Below are positions 51,222 through 62,852 of a stretch of DNA of 64,000 nt, piece by piece; position 1 is the first letter of the stretch; the number at the start of each line of letters is the position of its first letter. The notes under the pieces are model-generated. The model was not told where the DNA came from. It saw only the letters and a program-made list of their open reading frames with translations, and searched no databases. Position numbers and translations under genes: made by a program. The stretch lies in assembly GCA_020184695.1 (NCBI GenBank), contig JAANOX010000161.1, positions 2,089 through 66,088 on the forward strand, written 5' to 3'. The DNA comes from Histomonas meleagridis 2922-C6/04-290x. Lineage: Eukaryota > Protista > Parabasalia.

Positions 51222-52238
51222 ATGGACAAAGAAAACAACCCCAACAATCCACATGATTTTGCGGAAGAAGAAGAGGAAGCATCTGTGGTTGGTGTTGTCA
51301 CACTTAATGATCAAGATTGTCCAGCAAGGATTTATCTTAGAAATCAACACATTTTCATTGAACTTGATCAAGGCTTTATCAGCGAAAGCTTTGCGTGGCT
51401 TAAGGACCACAAAACGATTGACATTGATATGACAGGATTATTAGACACTCAAATAATTCCACATCCAAGCATAAGCGATGATGTTCCTTTTGAAGACTTT
51501 TCTCCAGCTACCATAGTTTTGGCTTATCTTGATGATTTATTTGACAACTATTCTCTAACCACACTTAACTTTTCAGCATTAAATTATGAGTTAAAAGAAT
51601 TCAAAGACGTAATTGAAAAAACCTCAGATGAACTTAAGAAAAGAGTTATGTTTGATCCTCCAAAAGTTAAAGTCAACAATCCACGACCGAAAGTAAATGA
51701 AAAATTCCAATTAGTCAATGGTACATCTCAAATCCTTACTATGGAAGAAATCAATACTCTTCGTCTTGCGTTACCAACTAGAGTCCGAAGGCACCAATGG
51801 GAACTTATTTACAACACTTCTGTTGATGGCTTTTCTATAAATTCTCTTTCCATTGCATCAAGTAAACTGATGCCACTTTTGATCGTCATAAATACAACAG
51901 ACAGAATTCGTATCGGCGCATATTTATCATGCGGGCTGAAGCCAACGAAAGGGTTTTCTGGAACAGGAGAAACATTTGTCTTCAACTTTAAGCCATTTAT
52001 CCAAATATATCGGTGGAGTAAGGCAAATCAATACTTTGTATCAATCACAAAAGAAGAATTAATTATAGGTGGAGGTAATGCAAAAGCAGCTATTTACTTA
52101 ACAAATGGGTTAAGAGACGGCTTTTCGGATCAATGCGAGACTTTTAATTCTCCAATGCTTACGAACAGAAATAAATTCCAAGTTGGCGCTATAGAGGTAT
52201 GGTATATAAGAAGTATGTTTGCGAATCGAACAACGTAA
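51222..52238 (+). CDS. TLDc-domain protein (OXR1-like)
   Basis: WELIYNTSVDGFS, IGAY, FSGTGETFVF, YRWSKANQYF, IGGG and CETFNSP motifs. Confidence 0.92.
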   Translation: MDKENNPNNPHDFAEEEEEASVVGVVTLNDQDCPARIYLRNQHIFIELDQGFISESFAWLKDHKTIDIDMTGLLDTQIIPHPSISDDVPFEDFSPATIVLAYLDDLFDNYSLTTLNFSALNYELKEFKDVIEKTSDELKKRVMFDPPKVKVNNPRPKVNEKFQLVNGTSQILTMEEINTLRLALPTRVRRHQWELIYNTSVDGFSINSLSIASSKLMPLLIVINTTDRIRIGAYLSCGLKPTKGFSGTGETFVFNFKPFIQIYRWSKANQYFVSITKEELIIGGGNAKAAIYLTNGLRDGFSDQCETFNSPMLTNRNKFQVGAIEVWYIRSMFANRTT

Positions 52239-52335
52239 TTTAATACAAACTTATATTAAATAAATTAGTTTTCATTTTTTTTAAATGATGTTGAATAATA
52301 ACCGCCGATTTTCTCTGAAAATAATTTACAATTTC

Positions 52336-52355
52336 GACCGTTAAATTTCATAAAA
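52336..52355 (+). promoter_or_regulatory. M3 + Inr-like core promoter
   Basis: GACCGTTA (52336-52343), then TCATAA, then ATG 52356. Confidence 0.65.
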
Positions 52356-55079
52356 ATGAAATCAAGTTCGTCAAATATACAAAAATTTCTTCAATCACAA
52401 ATTTCACCATGTGTTCTATGTTTTGCCTCACCAGTTATTCTTGAAAAGTTTCCTGATTATCATATTCGTCTTCTTTCAATTTGGAATAAAGTTACATCTG
52501 ATTCAAATTTCCCTGTTCGTTTATTATTTTATGATCAGCTACCAGATCTAAATAAAGTTAAGCAAAACATGTCTGATTATTATTCACTCAATCCAAAATC
52601 TCAACCATATGATTTTTTCAAAATCAATCCACGTAATGCCAAACTAAATGTCCGTCCACTTCTACGTCTTACCAAGCAACTTATTAGTCTTGATTACATG
52701 ACACCATATTCCTTTTTTGATATTCCCATCTCTCTTCTTGCGTTAGTTTTAGACAATGAGAAGCATGTTATCAACACGACGCATCTTCCCAACTGGATGA
52801 AGCCATATCTTCCTCATGTCAAATCCAATCTTTTAAAATTCCAAATCAGCGATGAAGAACTTGAAGAAAAACTCAACAATTACCATTCCAACATTTTATT
52901 CAAGCGCTACCAAACAATTCTCAGTGAAAACGAATCCAATTACCAACAGCATTGGGTTGGCTGGCGACAAAATCTCCAAGAATTAATCGGAAACAAGAGC
53001 GAATCCGACGTTGATCTCATCACGTTAAAGTTTTATGCTGATATTCATTTAGCACAGTGTCATTTTAGCTTAGCGCATTCATATTATCATCAACTTATTC
53101 TCAATTTAAATCCGACGAAACGCATTTTTCTTACGCAAGCGCATTATTACATTGCCATTAATGATATTATTCATTCCAAAGTCACTCAACAAACAATAGA
53201 ACATTTAAATACAGCATCGGAATACTCAACGACGTCATTAAGTCGAACGAAATGTTATCTTTTAAACTTTTGGGCGCGAACATTTATAACGAATGCGAAT
53301 GTTGCTCCAATTATTAAAATCATTACATTGTATAAGAACTCATTAACATTAAAACTAATTAAACCATTTTGTTATGAGTTCATAGCAATGTCATTAAATA
53401 GTAATAATAATCGGAAAAAAGCGCTGATGTATGGAATCGCCGCAACTTATTTCGACGACATTAAATTTAACGATGAATTTGCATTAAAATGTTTTTGGTT
53501 CTCTTATAATTTAATTTGTTCGTATTCAAGTTGGAATTTAATCATTACGAATTTGTTGATGAAGATATTGTCGTTTAAGAATTTGCCGAAAGATGTCGAA
53601 TTTAATCAATGTTTGGGTAAGTTAATGGAATCGAAACAAATTTATTATATCGACGAATTATTAAATTACTTAAAACGTTATCCATCAAATGATTATTTCA
53701 TTTGTGGCTTTATGAAAAGTAATCTCGATATATCGTTAAATAATGGATCAATGATGTTCCCTCCTCCAAGTTTAAGAAACGCAAATTGGTTATTAATATG
53801 TGAAAAATTATTCGGCTCTTTTACAAAAGGAAAATTCTTTACGTTTAAAAATTTCGGTAAAATTGAATGCGGTGTCGGAGAGACCGTTTACTTGAAGGTA
53901 AGTTTATCGTCTGCGGTTTCGGGGTACCCTATTAATGATATAAAACTTTTAACAAGTGGAATCAAAAATGTTCAATTATCTTCTTATACGATAAACAAGA
54001 AATCTGTAAAGGATATAATAGAACTGTCATTTACACCACTTGAAACAGGAGTTTTGACGATTTATGGAATTTCATTTTCATTTGCTGGCCTAATTAATTT
54101 AAAGTCATTATTCACAGAAAACACATTAAAATATAATGTTCAAGACCAAGCACCTCAAATCAATATTCAATCCGAACCTATTAGTACGTCATTATTTGTC
54201 GGTGAAACACTTCTTTTAAATGTTAAAATTATTAATGGAGAAATTCCACTACAACATTTAGCTGTTTTAATACAATCACAAATTAATGTTATTCTTTATG
54301 ATCCACAATTTGAAGAAATTTGTGGGCAAACATTTTTACCTAATCTTAAATCGAATGAAGAAATAGAGCTTAAGTTTGCAATCCATGCCGACAAAGAAGG
54401 AAAATTTAACCTGACACTTTTGTTTCCTTTCTGGACATCAAATTCGCATCAACCGTTGTACAAATTTCTATCGTACGATTTTAACGTCTCCCGATTCGAG
54501 ATGCAAAATCACGTCATAACTCGAACCTCGTATGAGCTTTCATGCCCGGATGGGTGTAAACCGATAGGCATTTATTCGCCTGATTATAATGCATCGATGT
54601 TTGTCCAAAATGTTTTTAATGATAAATTGTATGTTGAATTTGTAACAAGAAAACATGAAAGAGAGGTATTGAAACTCCCTGAATATGTTGAGGTGTTTCG
54701 AAGTAAGTCGAAACTTAGCTTTTGGTTTAAGACTGAATGTGGTTATGTTGAATATCCAATGGATAATTTTAATCAATGCGTTTTTTGTTTGTATGAATAT
54801 GTCGGAAAGGATATGTTTGTGTTAACTGTGCGAAATATTTCGAATTATGTGCTTACTGACATGAAAGTTACTCTGATGTCGCCTTTGGAAGATTTGTGTT
54901 TTGTGGTGAGCGGAGTCGCAATGAAAATTGTAGAAAGACTTGAGCCGGGAAATGAGTTCAAAATTAAGTTTAACTTCGTGCAATTCGTTCCTGGAATGTT
55001 CCCAAGTTTACTCGTCGCTTGTGATCAGTTCGCTTTCAATGAGAATATAAAACTGGTAAAAAATGCGGATGTATATTAA
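52356..55079 (+). CDS. Large TPR-like + Ig-like (ASH) protein, candidate TRAPP large subunit (Trs85/Trs120-like)
   Basis: Helical N-half with RKKALMYGIAA, then VGETVYLKV and VGETLLLNVKIIN beta-sandwich starts. Confidence 0.45.
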   Translation: MKSSSSNIQKFLQSQISPCVLCFASPVILEKFPDYHIRLLSIWNKVTSDSNFPVRLLFYDQLPDLNKVKQNMSDYYSLNPKSQPYDFFKINPRNAKLNVRPLLRLTKQLISLDYMTPYSFFDIPISLLALVLDNEKHVINTTHLPNWMKPYLPHVKSNLLKFQISDEELEEKLNNYHSNILFKRYQTILSENESNYQQHWVGWRQNLQELIGNKSESDVDLITLKFYADIHLAQCHFSLAHSYYHQLILNLNPTKRIFLTQAHYYIAINDIIHSKVTQQTIEHLNTASEYSTTSLSRTKCYLLNFWARTFITNANVAPIIKIITLYKNSLTLKLIKPFCYEFIAMSLNSNNNRKKALMYGIAATYFDDIKFNDEFALKCFWFSYNLICSYSSWNLIITNLLMKILSFKNLPKDVEFNQCLGKLMESKQIYYIDELLNYLKRYPSNDYFICGFMKSNLDISLNNGSMMFPPPSLRNANWLLICEKLFGSFTKGKFFTFKNFGKIECGVGETVYLKVSLSSAVSGYPINDIKLLTSGIKNVQLSSYTINKKSVKDIIELSFTPLETGVLTIYGISFSFAGLINLKSLFTENTLKYNVQDQAPQINIQSEPISTSLFVGETLLLNVKIINGEIPLQHLAVLIQSQINVILYDPQFEEICGQTFLPNLKSNEEIELKFAIHADKEGKFNLTLLFPFWTSNSHQPLYKFLSYDFNVSRFEMQNHVITRTSYELSCPDGCKPIGIYSPDYNASMFVQNVFNDKLYVEFVTRKHEREVLKLPEYVEVFRSKSKLSFWFKTECGYVEYPMDNFNQCVFCLYEYVGKDMFVLTVRNISNYVLTDMKVTLMSPLEDLCFVVSGVAMKIVERLEPGNEFKIKFNFVQFVPGMFPSLLVACDQFAFNENIKLVKNADVY

Positions 55080-55516
55080 ATTAAAATTGTTGTTATTAAG
55101 AATCTAAATTTTTTTTTGTTTAAAAATTCGTTACGCTAAAAAATTTGTTTAAAACAGAATGAAATTTATAAAACAAATTTTCATTGTTTTTATATAAATA
55201 ATATACAAAAAGAAAAAAATATTTTATCCGATGATTGAATTTTATCGTTCACTTTTTTTACAGTTATTAGAGTGATTTATAATCAATTTAGGTTGCTTAT
55301 TTCAATATAAAATTTGTAATTCTATTCATTTATGTTTTTATTCTATTTGATTCTAATTTAAGAAATTCAAAACCAATTTAGAATAATATTTTTTAAATTA
55401 AATTTGTTGAGACATGTCTTCAAATGTTGTTTTTATATTTTTGAATTTATAAAATAAATCATTTTTTTTAAGAAAAACTTGAATTAATTCTTCTTCAAAT
55501 AAAAAAGAAGACAAAA

Positions 55517-57190
55517 ATTAATATTACAATTATAGTACTTATATCCTTGTTTTCGCATTCTTTACAAATTTTTAATAACGATACTTTAACTATAACAAAT
55601 TCGAGTGAATTTACAACCACATATCAAAGTATCACAAAACATGTTATCATTTCAAGTAAAATAACAGAAATTCCACCAAAAGCTTTTTATATGTGGAAAT
55701 CATTGATTACAGCTGTGATTAATGATACAGTTACTATAATTGGAGAAAAGGCATTTGAAAATTGTTCTAGTTTAGAATATGTTTCATTTGGTAAAGGGAT
55801 AACAAATATCAGTGATTATGCATTTGGATATTGCACCGCATTAAAAAATATAACATTGAAAAGTCCCCTTACAAAAATTGGTCAAAATGTATTCTGTCTT
55901 TGTGATAGTCTTGAAACTGTATTTTTCTCTGATGGTGTTAAAACAATTGGATCACTTATGTTTCAGAAATGTTATAATCTTAAAAATGTCACAATTCCAA
56001 GATCAGTTACTTCAATATCAAATAATCCATTTCTTCACTGTTCTAGTCTTCAAATTATAAAAATTCCATCAGAAAATTCACATTATTCTAATTATGAAAA
56101 TGATGGAGTTTTATACAATAAGAAAGTTACGAAACTTATTAGTTATCCACCAGGAAATAGATTGGAAACATTTAAAATTCCAGATTCAGTGACTTCAATT
56201 GAAAATAATGCATTTAATTCATGTACTAATTTATCATCAATTTCATTTGGAAACAGAGTAAGTATAATTAAAGATTCTTCATTTATAAGTTGTGCATTTA
56301 CAAGTATAGTGATTCCAAACTCTGTTAAACTTATTCAATCATCAGGATTTCGTTATTGTGAACATTTAGAAACAGTTTTCATTGGAAAAAATGTGACATA
56401 TATTGGAGCTAACACATTTGGGCATTGTACTTCACTTAAATGTGTGTATTTTTATGGAAAAACCTCTCCAACAATTGATATTAATAGTTTTTCTGAAACA
56501 TCGGTCACATCTATTATGGTAAGTGAATCATATCAAGGTGAAAAATTCGGAAAATTCAATATAACCAAAGGAACACTTGATAAATGTTTACCAATGCCAA
56601 CACAAACATTTGAACAATCAAGTATTTTTACTGCATCGAACGTATTTTCGGAATCTATTACATATTCTTCAAAATCTTTACCTTATTCTGATACATTTTC
56701 TCAAAGTAGTTTAATTACTGAACTAAATCCAATTTCACATATATCCAATTCTTATGTTTTAACATATATTTTATCGATTACATATACAATTTCTATTCAT
56801 AATTCATTTATAACAAATTCATTTATTATTTCCAAAATTAATTCATTATATACTTATTCTCTAACCAGATATATTTGGTATGACTACACTACTATCATTT
56901 ATTCAACTTATTATCAATTTTATACTTATCTTATTTCATTATCAAATTGCAATAATAAACAAAATAACATATCAACAAAAGTTCTTATTGGTGCTGTATG
57001 TGCTCCAGCAGGAATAATTTTTATCATTATTGGATTTTTCTTAATTTTTTTATATAAAAAAAACAATAAACAATCAACAAAATCATCAACATACATTGCT
57101 GTAAAAAATGAGCCACATGAACAACACATTGAATTTATTGATGAAGAGATCAAAAATTACGCATTAAAAGAGGAAGATCAATGGATTTAA
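55517..57190 (+). CDS. BspA-like (LRR_5/TpLRR) surface protein with S/T stalk, TM and cytosolic tail
   Basis: Repeats TIIGEKAFENCSSLEYV and TSIENNAFNSCTNL; TM IGAVCAPAGIIFIIIGFFLIFLY. No ATG before 55691; a signal-peptide-like stretch begins at ATT 55517. Confidence 0.88.
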   Translation: MNITIIVLISLFSHSLQIFNNDTLTITNSSEFTTTYQSITKHVIISSKITEIPPKAFYMWKSLITAVINDTVTIIGEKAFENCSSLEYVSFGKGITNISDYAFGYCTALKNITLKSPLTKIGQNVFCLCDSLETVFFSDGVKTIGSLMFQKCYNLKNVTIPRSVTSISNNPFLHCSSLQIIKIPSENSHYSNYENDGVLYNKKVTKLISYPPGNRLETFKIPDSVTSIENNAFNSCTNLSSISFGNRVSIIKDSSFISCAFTSIVIPNSVKLIQSSGFRYCEHLETVFIGKNVTYIGANTFGHCTSLKCVYFYGKTSPTIDINSFSETSVTSIMVSESYQGEKFGKFNITKGTLDKCLPMPTQTFEQSSIFTASNVFSESITYSSKSLPYSDTFSQSSLITELNPISHISNSYVLTYILSITYTISIHNSFITNSFIISKINSLYTYSLTRYIWYDYTTIIYSTYYQFYTYLISLSNCNNKQNNISTKVLIGAVCAPAGIIFIIIGFFLIFLYKKNNKQSTKSSTYIAVKNEPHEQHIEFIDEEIKNYALKEEDQWI

Positions 57191-57373
57191 AGATTATTAA
57201 ATGTGTAATGCTTTATGAATTTTCATGATTCCTTATTTAATTAAAAAATATTTTAAAAAGTTAAGAAAAATACGTCAAAAAAATTTTTTGATTCTTGTTT
57301 TTGAGAGATGTTATTACATTTATCTTAATTTTATAAATCTATTTTATATTATATCTTCTTTCTCTATTCGACA

Positions 57374-57447
57374 GCCATCGTAGCTCAATCGGCTAGAGCA
57401 TAAGACTCTTAATCTTGGGGTTGCGGGTTCGAGTCCCGCCGGTGGCT
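57374..57447 (+). tRNA. tRNA-Lys (CTT)
   Basis: Fully paired cloverleaf gccatcg...ctCTTaa...cggtggc followed by a T-run. Confidence 0.96.
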
Positions 57448-57690
57448 TTTTTTATTAGATACATTTTTTATTTTGTTCTATAAAAAATTACAATTGTAAC
57501 ATTTAAAATATTATATTTATAACGCCGCCAATTTTGATAAATTTTCTTTTCATATTCATTTCTACATCAAAGGATGAAAAGAATTGTACGAAATGTTGAA
57601 ATATGAAAAACGGGTATCCATTGTTCTATGGTTTATGGTTGTTACCCAGTTTTTCAACAGGATATCAAAAAGTTGTGAAAGATGTACAAC

Positions 57691-58689
57691 AAATTACTTC
57701 TCGAACAAGAAGGAATTAATATTAATGCTAAAGGTATTTATATGTTTTATTTAATATTTATTTTAATAATTTGTTATTTCAAAATAATATTTGGAAATTA
57801 TTTAAATTATTTTGGACAGCACTTATTGAAGCATCTTGCAATGGTCATACAGTAATAGTTAAATTACTTCTTGAACAAGTAGGAATTATATGCAACATTA
57901 GTAATATTTTATATAAAATTAATGTTTTTTATAATTTGTTTATGAGTAATATTTGGCGATAATTTAGTTTTCTTAGAACAGCATTTATTTATGCATCTTA
58001 TAATGGTAACATAAAAATAGTTAAATTACTTCTTTCCCAAAAAGGAATTGATATTAATTCAAAATATTTTTATTTGTTTTATTTGATATTTATTTTAATA
58101 AATCAATATTTGGGAATTGTTTAAAATATTTGTAACAGCACTTATGATTGCATCAGAAAAAGGATATACTGAAATTGTTAAAATTCTTCTTGAACATTCA
58201 GAAATTGATGTTAATGCTAATAGTATTTTATACTTTGTTTTTCATATTTGATATTTCAATTTTACCACTAATACATCAACAAATCAATTTTAACAGCACT
58301 TATTTTTGCATCTGAAAAAGGAAATGCGGATATAGTCAAATTACATCTTCAACAAAAATTAATTTATATCAATAATCGAACTGTTCTTTTTTTTATCTCG
58401 ATGTTTTATTTAAAAATTTTATGTTTGAAAATAATCAAAGGCAAATATTTACATCATTTGATATACAGCACTTATTTTGGCATCCGAAAAATGTTATACC
58501 GAAACTGTTAAACTACTTATTGAACAAAAAGATATCGATATAAATATAAAAAATGTTTATTTAACTTATATAGAATTAAAATTAATCATTTTTTATTTCA
58601 AAATATTTGTTTCAGCACTTAAAGCAGCATCTCAATATCCTCACACTAAAATTGTTGAATTGCTTGTGCATACACAAAAAGAAAGATAA
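57691..58689 (+). repeat. 5'-truncated, degenerate ankyrin/spacer array (~6 units)
   Basis: Starts mid-repeat (aaattacttctcgaacaagaagg); cagcactt-type anchors recur about every 150-170 bp; final segment ends ...HTQKER* at 58689. Confidence 0.85.
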
Positions 58690-59225
58690 AAATAGTTAAC
58701 AATTCATCTAATAAATGTTACAAAACCAAATGCTTCACATTATTAAAATTCTGAGAAAAATGATCAATATAATTGAGAAACTTTTCAACTAGTTGAATTA
58801 CTTCACCAATTTTATCACTGTCAATAATTTTTGCATTTACATCTATTTAAGAGTAAGACAAAACAAATGATTTTGTCCAAAAACCCACAACATAAAAAAT
58901 AAAGTATTTAATTCCAATTATCCATCACAAAGAGACCGTTAATGGCTAAATTTCCTACCAAAACATAAAATTCCAATTATTTTTGTCATAGAATAAATCA
59001 TATTATTAGAAACAATACCATTTAGGAAAGATATTTATTATAATTTTAACTTTAAATTACTTATATTTAGATAGATGAAATAGTTTACTTTTCGAAAGTC
59101 ATTTTCAGAACATTTCAGAGCCCATCGTATCAAAATCCACACAAATTTCTATCGTTACTGATTTTGGGCTCCATTGAAATCCAACAAGAAAAAATTCAAA
59201 GGAAAAATACCCGCTAAACCCAAAC

Positions 59226-62200
59226 ATGGCACCTCGGTATTTTTGCGTATGTTATGATGGCCACCCCAACAAATACCTCGAGGAATCCAAATGCAAAGGG
59301 CTTACGATACAAAAATTCATTGACAAACGAATATTAGATGATTCGTTACCCGTATGGATATGTACTCCATATTTTATGCATCTTTTGTCCATGAAAGATA
59401 TACCGCTCAGAACGTATCCACAGCTTTTAAGTTATCAACATCAGTCGAAATATGATCGACCAGAATATTATCTTTATCAAACAATTTCCATACCAAAGGA
59501 CACATTCAACTTATTTCTCACCATAAAACATAACACAGCGTTTTGTATACCGAAATTTCCGATCAATTTAAGTATCGTATTACTCAATACTCTCACAGCG
59601 GAAGACATCTGCAACAAAATACAAAGCACATTCGAGTGCGAGATGACAATCAAATACTTGATGATCGACAAAGAGATCATCTCGAAGAATATCATCATCG
59701 CGCCATACATAAACTTCGAGAATCCGGTCGAAATATCGGTGAAAATCGAATTCCCGGAGTCGTCAGTCCGTAAATTCCAACGACGTGCGAATCTTTTACA
59801 CGAAGTCAAACAAACGGAACTCCAATTTATCGATGACCTCAAATATCTCACAGACGTATGGCATCCGCAACTCAAATCGAAGGGGATTCTCACAGACAAT
59901 GAGCGGGACATTATCTTTCATGACTTCCCCGACATCCAAAAATCACATACAGAATTCTACACCGCGTTTTGCGAGTCGGAGCGTAACAACTACGCGGCCT
60001 GTGTCAGCTCCATTTTCCTTGAGTATGAAGACAAACTTCGTTCATCAGTTCATTACATATCATTATATCCGACAATCACCGAACTATTGACATTAAAGAA
60101 GGTGAACAAAGCGTTTTCGTCGATTCTTTCGGAACTTCAACAAGTTAATGATGGCCGAGATCTGATGTCATATTTGATCACTCCAATCCAAAGGTTACCA
60201 CGTTACTTATTATTTCTTCGCGAGCTGGTCAAAATTACTCCGCATTATCATCCCGACGCGCAAATGTTACCATTAGCAACGGAAGTCATTGAGCGCATTA
60301 ACAAAGATGCAGATGTCCTTACAGAACGTGCGAAACAAATGACCGTGTTGAAGAAGATCGAAGATAAGTTACGGAAATATGACATTAAATTTGTGGATCC
60401 ACAACGTCGAATTGTAATGTTAGTTGAGGTCACATTAGTTGATAAGAAGAATTCACAAAATGCGCAATTATGTCTCTGTAATGATATTGTCTTCATATAT
60501 ATTGATCGAGGGAAAACAGCGAAGTTAATATTCGAGAAATCAATTTCGGTATTTCATTACTTACCAATTGTTGGAGAGTTTCGTTCGATATTAATACCAT
60601 TTGTTCGCGATTCGAAAGTGAATAAGTTCGAGCGACGAGAATTATGTGTTACGTTTTCTAAGTTGGAAGAGAAGACGCAATTCTCCGATAACTTACAACG
60701 TCTCTTAGATGAAATATCATTCAAACAAAATACAAAGCCGAAGTTAATGATTTGGTCATTAAATTCTATTTCGGATTCATTACCATCGATTTGTCAACAT
60801 AATTGTATTACTAATGGTAAGTCAATAATATTTAATGGCGGTGTATCAACATCACAAAGATTAATATATTCCGATTTTTCGACTTATCATCAAAAGTATT
60901 TCCATAATTATCCATTGTCTGAAATGACAACAATCGAAAGTGGTATCATTGGTAGAAGAAGATGTACATTTTCATATCTTAATGATTCATTATATGTAAT
61001 CGGAGGATTCGTCGGTATTAAGGAAATACCCGAAATAATGCGATTCGATATGCAGACTCAAAAATGGCGTCAGTTCTGTATCCGAATCCAATTTTATCGT
61101 TATGGACATACATGTGTAACTTATAAAAACAAATTATATATCTATGGAGGTAAAACTAAAGCAAAAGGATTAAATTCCGAAATTTGGGTCTTAGATCCAA
61201 CGAAAGAATCGATTGAACAATTAAAGTTTTCTGGCGCTTTCCCTGAACCTCGTGTCGATCATTCAGCAGTAGTTTTTAGGGATAAGATGTTTATTTTCGG
61301 GGGCAAAGGTCATAAAGGTTTATTGAATGATTTATGGTCATTTAATTTTAATACAAATGAATGGAAGAAAGAACAAATATTAAACTCAATTAATGCAAGA
61401 AAAGCTCATATATCATTAATATTAGGGAAAGAAATGATAATAATTGGCGGAATATCAGATAAGCCAATTTGTAATACATTTGTCATTGATTTGTTTGGAT
61501 TAAATGTTAAAAAAGTCGAAGATAATGGTAACTTTCCAGAGTCATTAAGATATGCAAGTGGTGCAGTATTAGATAATTTGGATATTATAATATATGGAGG
61601 TATCGAGTTCAAAAGTAAATTACCTTTAAGTACTTTGTATACTATAAAGTTATGCCCAAGTTGGATTAAGGAAATAGAACAATCAGATGCACCTAAAATA
61701 CCAATTAATAACTTGTTCAAACAAGAAATGTGGAGTAATATACTTAATATGAATTGTTGTCATTCAATAATAGCAAGTAGAACAACTTATTTGCCAGTAG
61801 AAAATAGAAAGAATTTGACTGAGAATTCAAACTCCAGAAGATTATCTGCTTTAAGAAGATCACATTCACAAGAAATGAAAAATCAACAAGCAATAAGAAG
61901 ATTATCTCTTTCGACAATGTCTAATACAACTGATAATTTTGCAATAAATGAAATTAATTGTGGTAAGAAAAATATTGACGTGTCCGATGCTATTGTTATC
62001 GAAAAGGTTTTATCAAATATAGCTGCTGTTGTATTGAAGGATAATATTAATAATGAAACTGAAATAATTAGAAATGAAAAAATTATAAATTATTTAAATA
62101 AAAATGATAATGGTGAAAGAATTAGAAAAAGGAAAAAAGAAATGCCGCCGTTGCCTCCTAATGCTAATAAAGGAAATAAATTAAGAATAAGAAAACAAAA

Positions 62201-62852
62201 TGTTAATGAAAGTTCAATTAGTGTACCACCAATGTCTCCTCCTCCTTCACTTCCTTTCCAAAATAAATCTCCGCCTTCCTTGAGAAGAAATAATGGAGAA
62301 GCTAGAACTAGAAGAAGAACAAGTCTTTCAAAAGATGATTTAAGTAAGGAAGTAAGACATAAATTTAATAGAATAAGTAACGAAAGTAAACATGATGGCC
62401 CTATTCCAAAGCCGAAAGTTAGCATTAGAAGAAATACTGATGTAATTAGCACATCAAAAATTGATGAGCATGTAAACCCTTCAAAAAGTGAAGACGATAA
62501 GGTTCAAAAGAAAGAAGAAACAACTCAAAAAGTGGAGAAAAATGCAATCACTATTCCACCACCATTTACTTTCGCTCCTTCAATACTTTCATCTCCATTA
62601 AATACAAATGAAAGTATACAAGTAGACGTAAATCAAATACAAAATGAAATGCAAAAAATGGAGGCGGCAACTGCTGCAAATAGAGCTCACTCACCAACTA
62701 CGGAAAGACCAAGTAGACTCGCGAAATTTAGAGGACCTGCAACATTACATACTATGTCACCGAAAAAGTCAAGACCTCAAATGGTATATCCTCAAAGAAA
62801 TGGGCAAAGAATTGCTGGGTTTGTGAACCAAAGAAATGCAGTAAGAAAATAA
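59226..62852 (+). CDS. RhoGEF (DH-PH) + Kelch-repeat protein with a Pro-rich tail
   Basis: DH motifs EVKQTELQFIDDL and LITPIQRLPRYLLFLRELVK.TP..HPD; Kelch GG-Y/W repeats (LYVIGG, LYIYGG, MFIFGG). Confidence 0.92.
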   Translation: MAPRYFCVCYDGHPNKYLEESKCKGLTIQKFIDKRILDDSLPVWICTPYFMHLLSMKDIPLRTYPQLLSYQHQSKYDRPEYYLYQTISIPKDTFNLFLTIKHNTAFCIPKFPINLSIVLLNTLTAEDICNKIQSTFECEMTIKYLMIDKEIISKNIIIAPYINFENPVEISVKIEFPESSVRKFQRRANLLHEVKQTELQFIDDLKYLTDVWHPQLKSKGILTDNERDIIFHDFPDIQKSHTEFYTAFCESERNNYAACVSSIFLEYEDKLRSSVHYISLYPTITELLTLKKVNKAFSSILSELQQVNDGRDLMSYLITPIQRLPRYLLFLRELVKITPHYHPDAQMLPLATEVIERINKDADVLTERAKQMTVLKKIEDKLRKYDIKFVDPQRRIVMLVEVTLVDKKNSQNAQLCLCNDIVFIYIDRGKTAKLIFEKSISVFHYLPIVGEFRSILIPFVRDSKVNKFERRELCVTFSKLEEKTQFSDNLQRLLDEISFKQNTKPKLMIWSLNSISDSLPSICQHNCITNGKSIIFNGGVSTSQRLIYSDFSTYHQKYFHNYPLSEMTTIESGIIGRRRCTFSYLNDSLYVIGGFVGIKEIPEIMRFDMQTQKWRQFCIRIQFYRYGHTCVTYKNKLYIYGGKTKAKGLNSEIWVLDPTKESIEQLKFSGAFPEPRVDHSAVVFRDKMFIFGGKGHKGLLNDLWSFNFNTNEWKKEQILNSINARKAHISLILGKEMIIIGGISDKPICNTFVIDLFGLNVKKVEDNGNFPESLRYASGAVLDNLDIIIYGGIEFKSKLPLSTLYTIKLCPSWIKEIEQSDAPKIPINNLFKQEMWSNILNMNCCHSIIASRTTYLPVENRKNLTENSNSRRLSALRRSHSQEMKNQQAIRRLSLSTMSNTTDNFAINEINCGKKNIDVSDAIVIEKVLSNIAAVVLKDNINNETEIIRNEKIINYLNKNDNGERIRKRKKEMPPLPPNANKGNKLRIRKQNVNESSISVPPMSPPPSLPFQNKSPPSLRRNNGEARTRRRTSLSKDDLSKEVRHKFNRISNESKHDGPIPKPKVSIRRNTDVISTSKIDEHVNPSKSEDDKVQKKEETTQKVEKNAITIPPPFTFAPSILSSPLNTNESIQVDVNQIQNEMQKMEAATAANRAHSPTTERPSRLAKFRGPATLHTMSPKKSRPQMVYPQRNGQRIAGFVNQRNAVRK

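Noticed and set aside
13257-55079. Functional cluster of trafficking genes (VAMP7, SEC15, TRAPP-like, Rabs, TLDc)
   Set aside because: These families are heavily expanded in parabasalids, and the genes are interspersed with unrelated ones on both strands; chance is sufficient.
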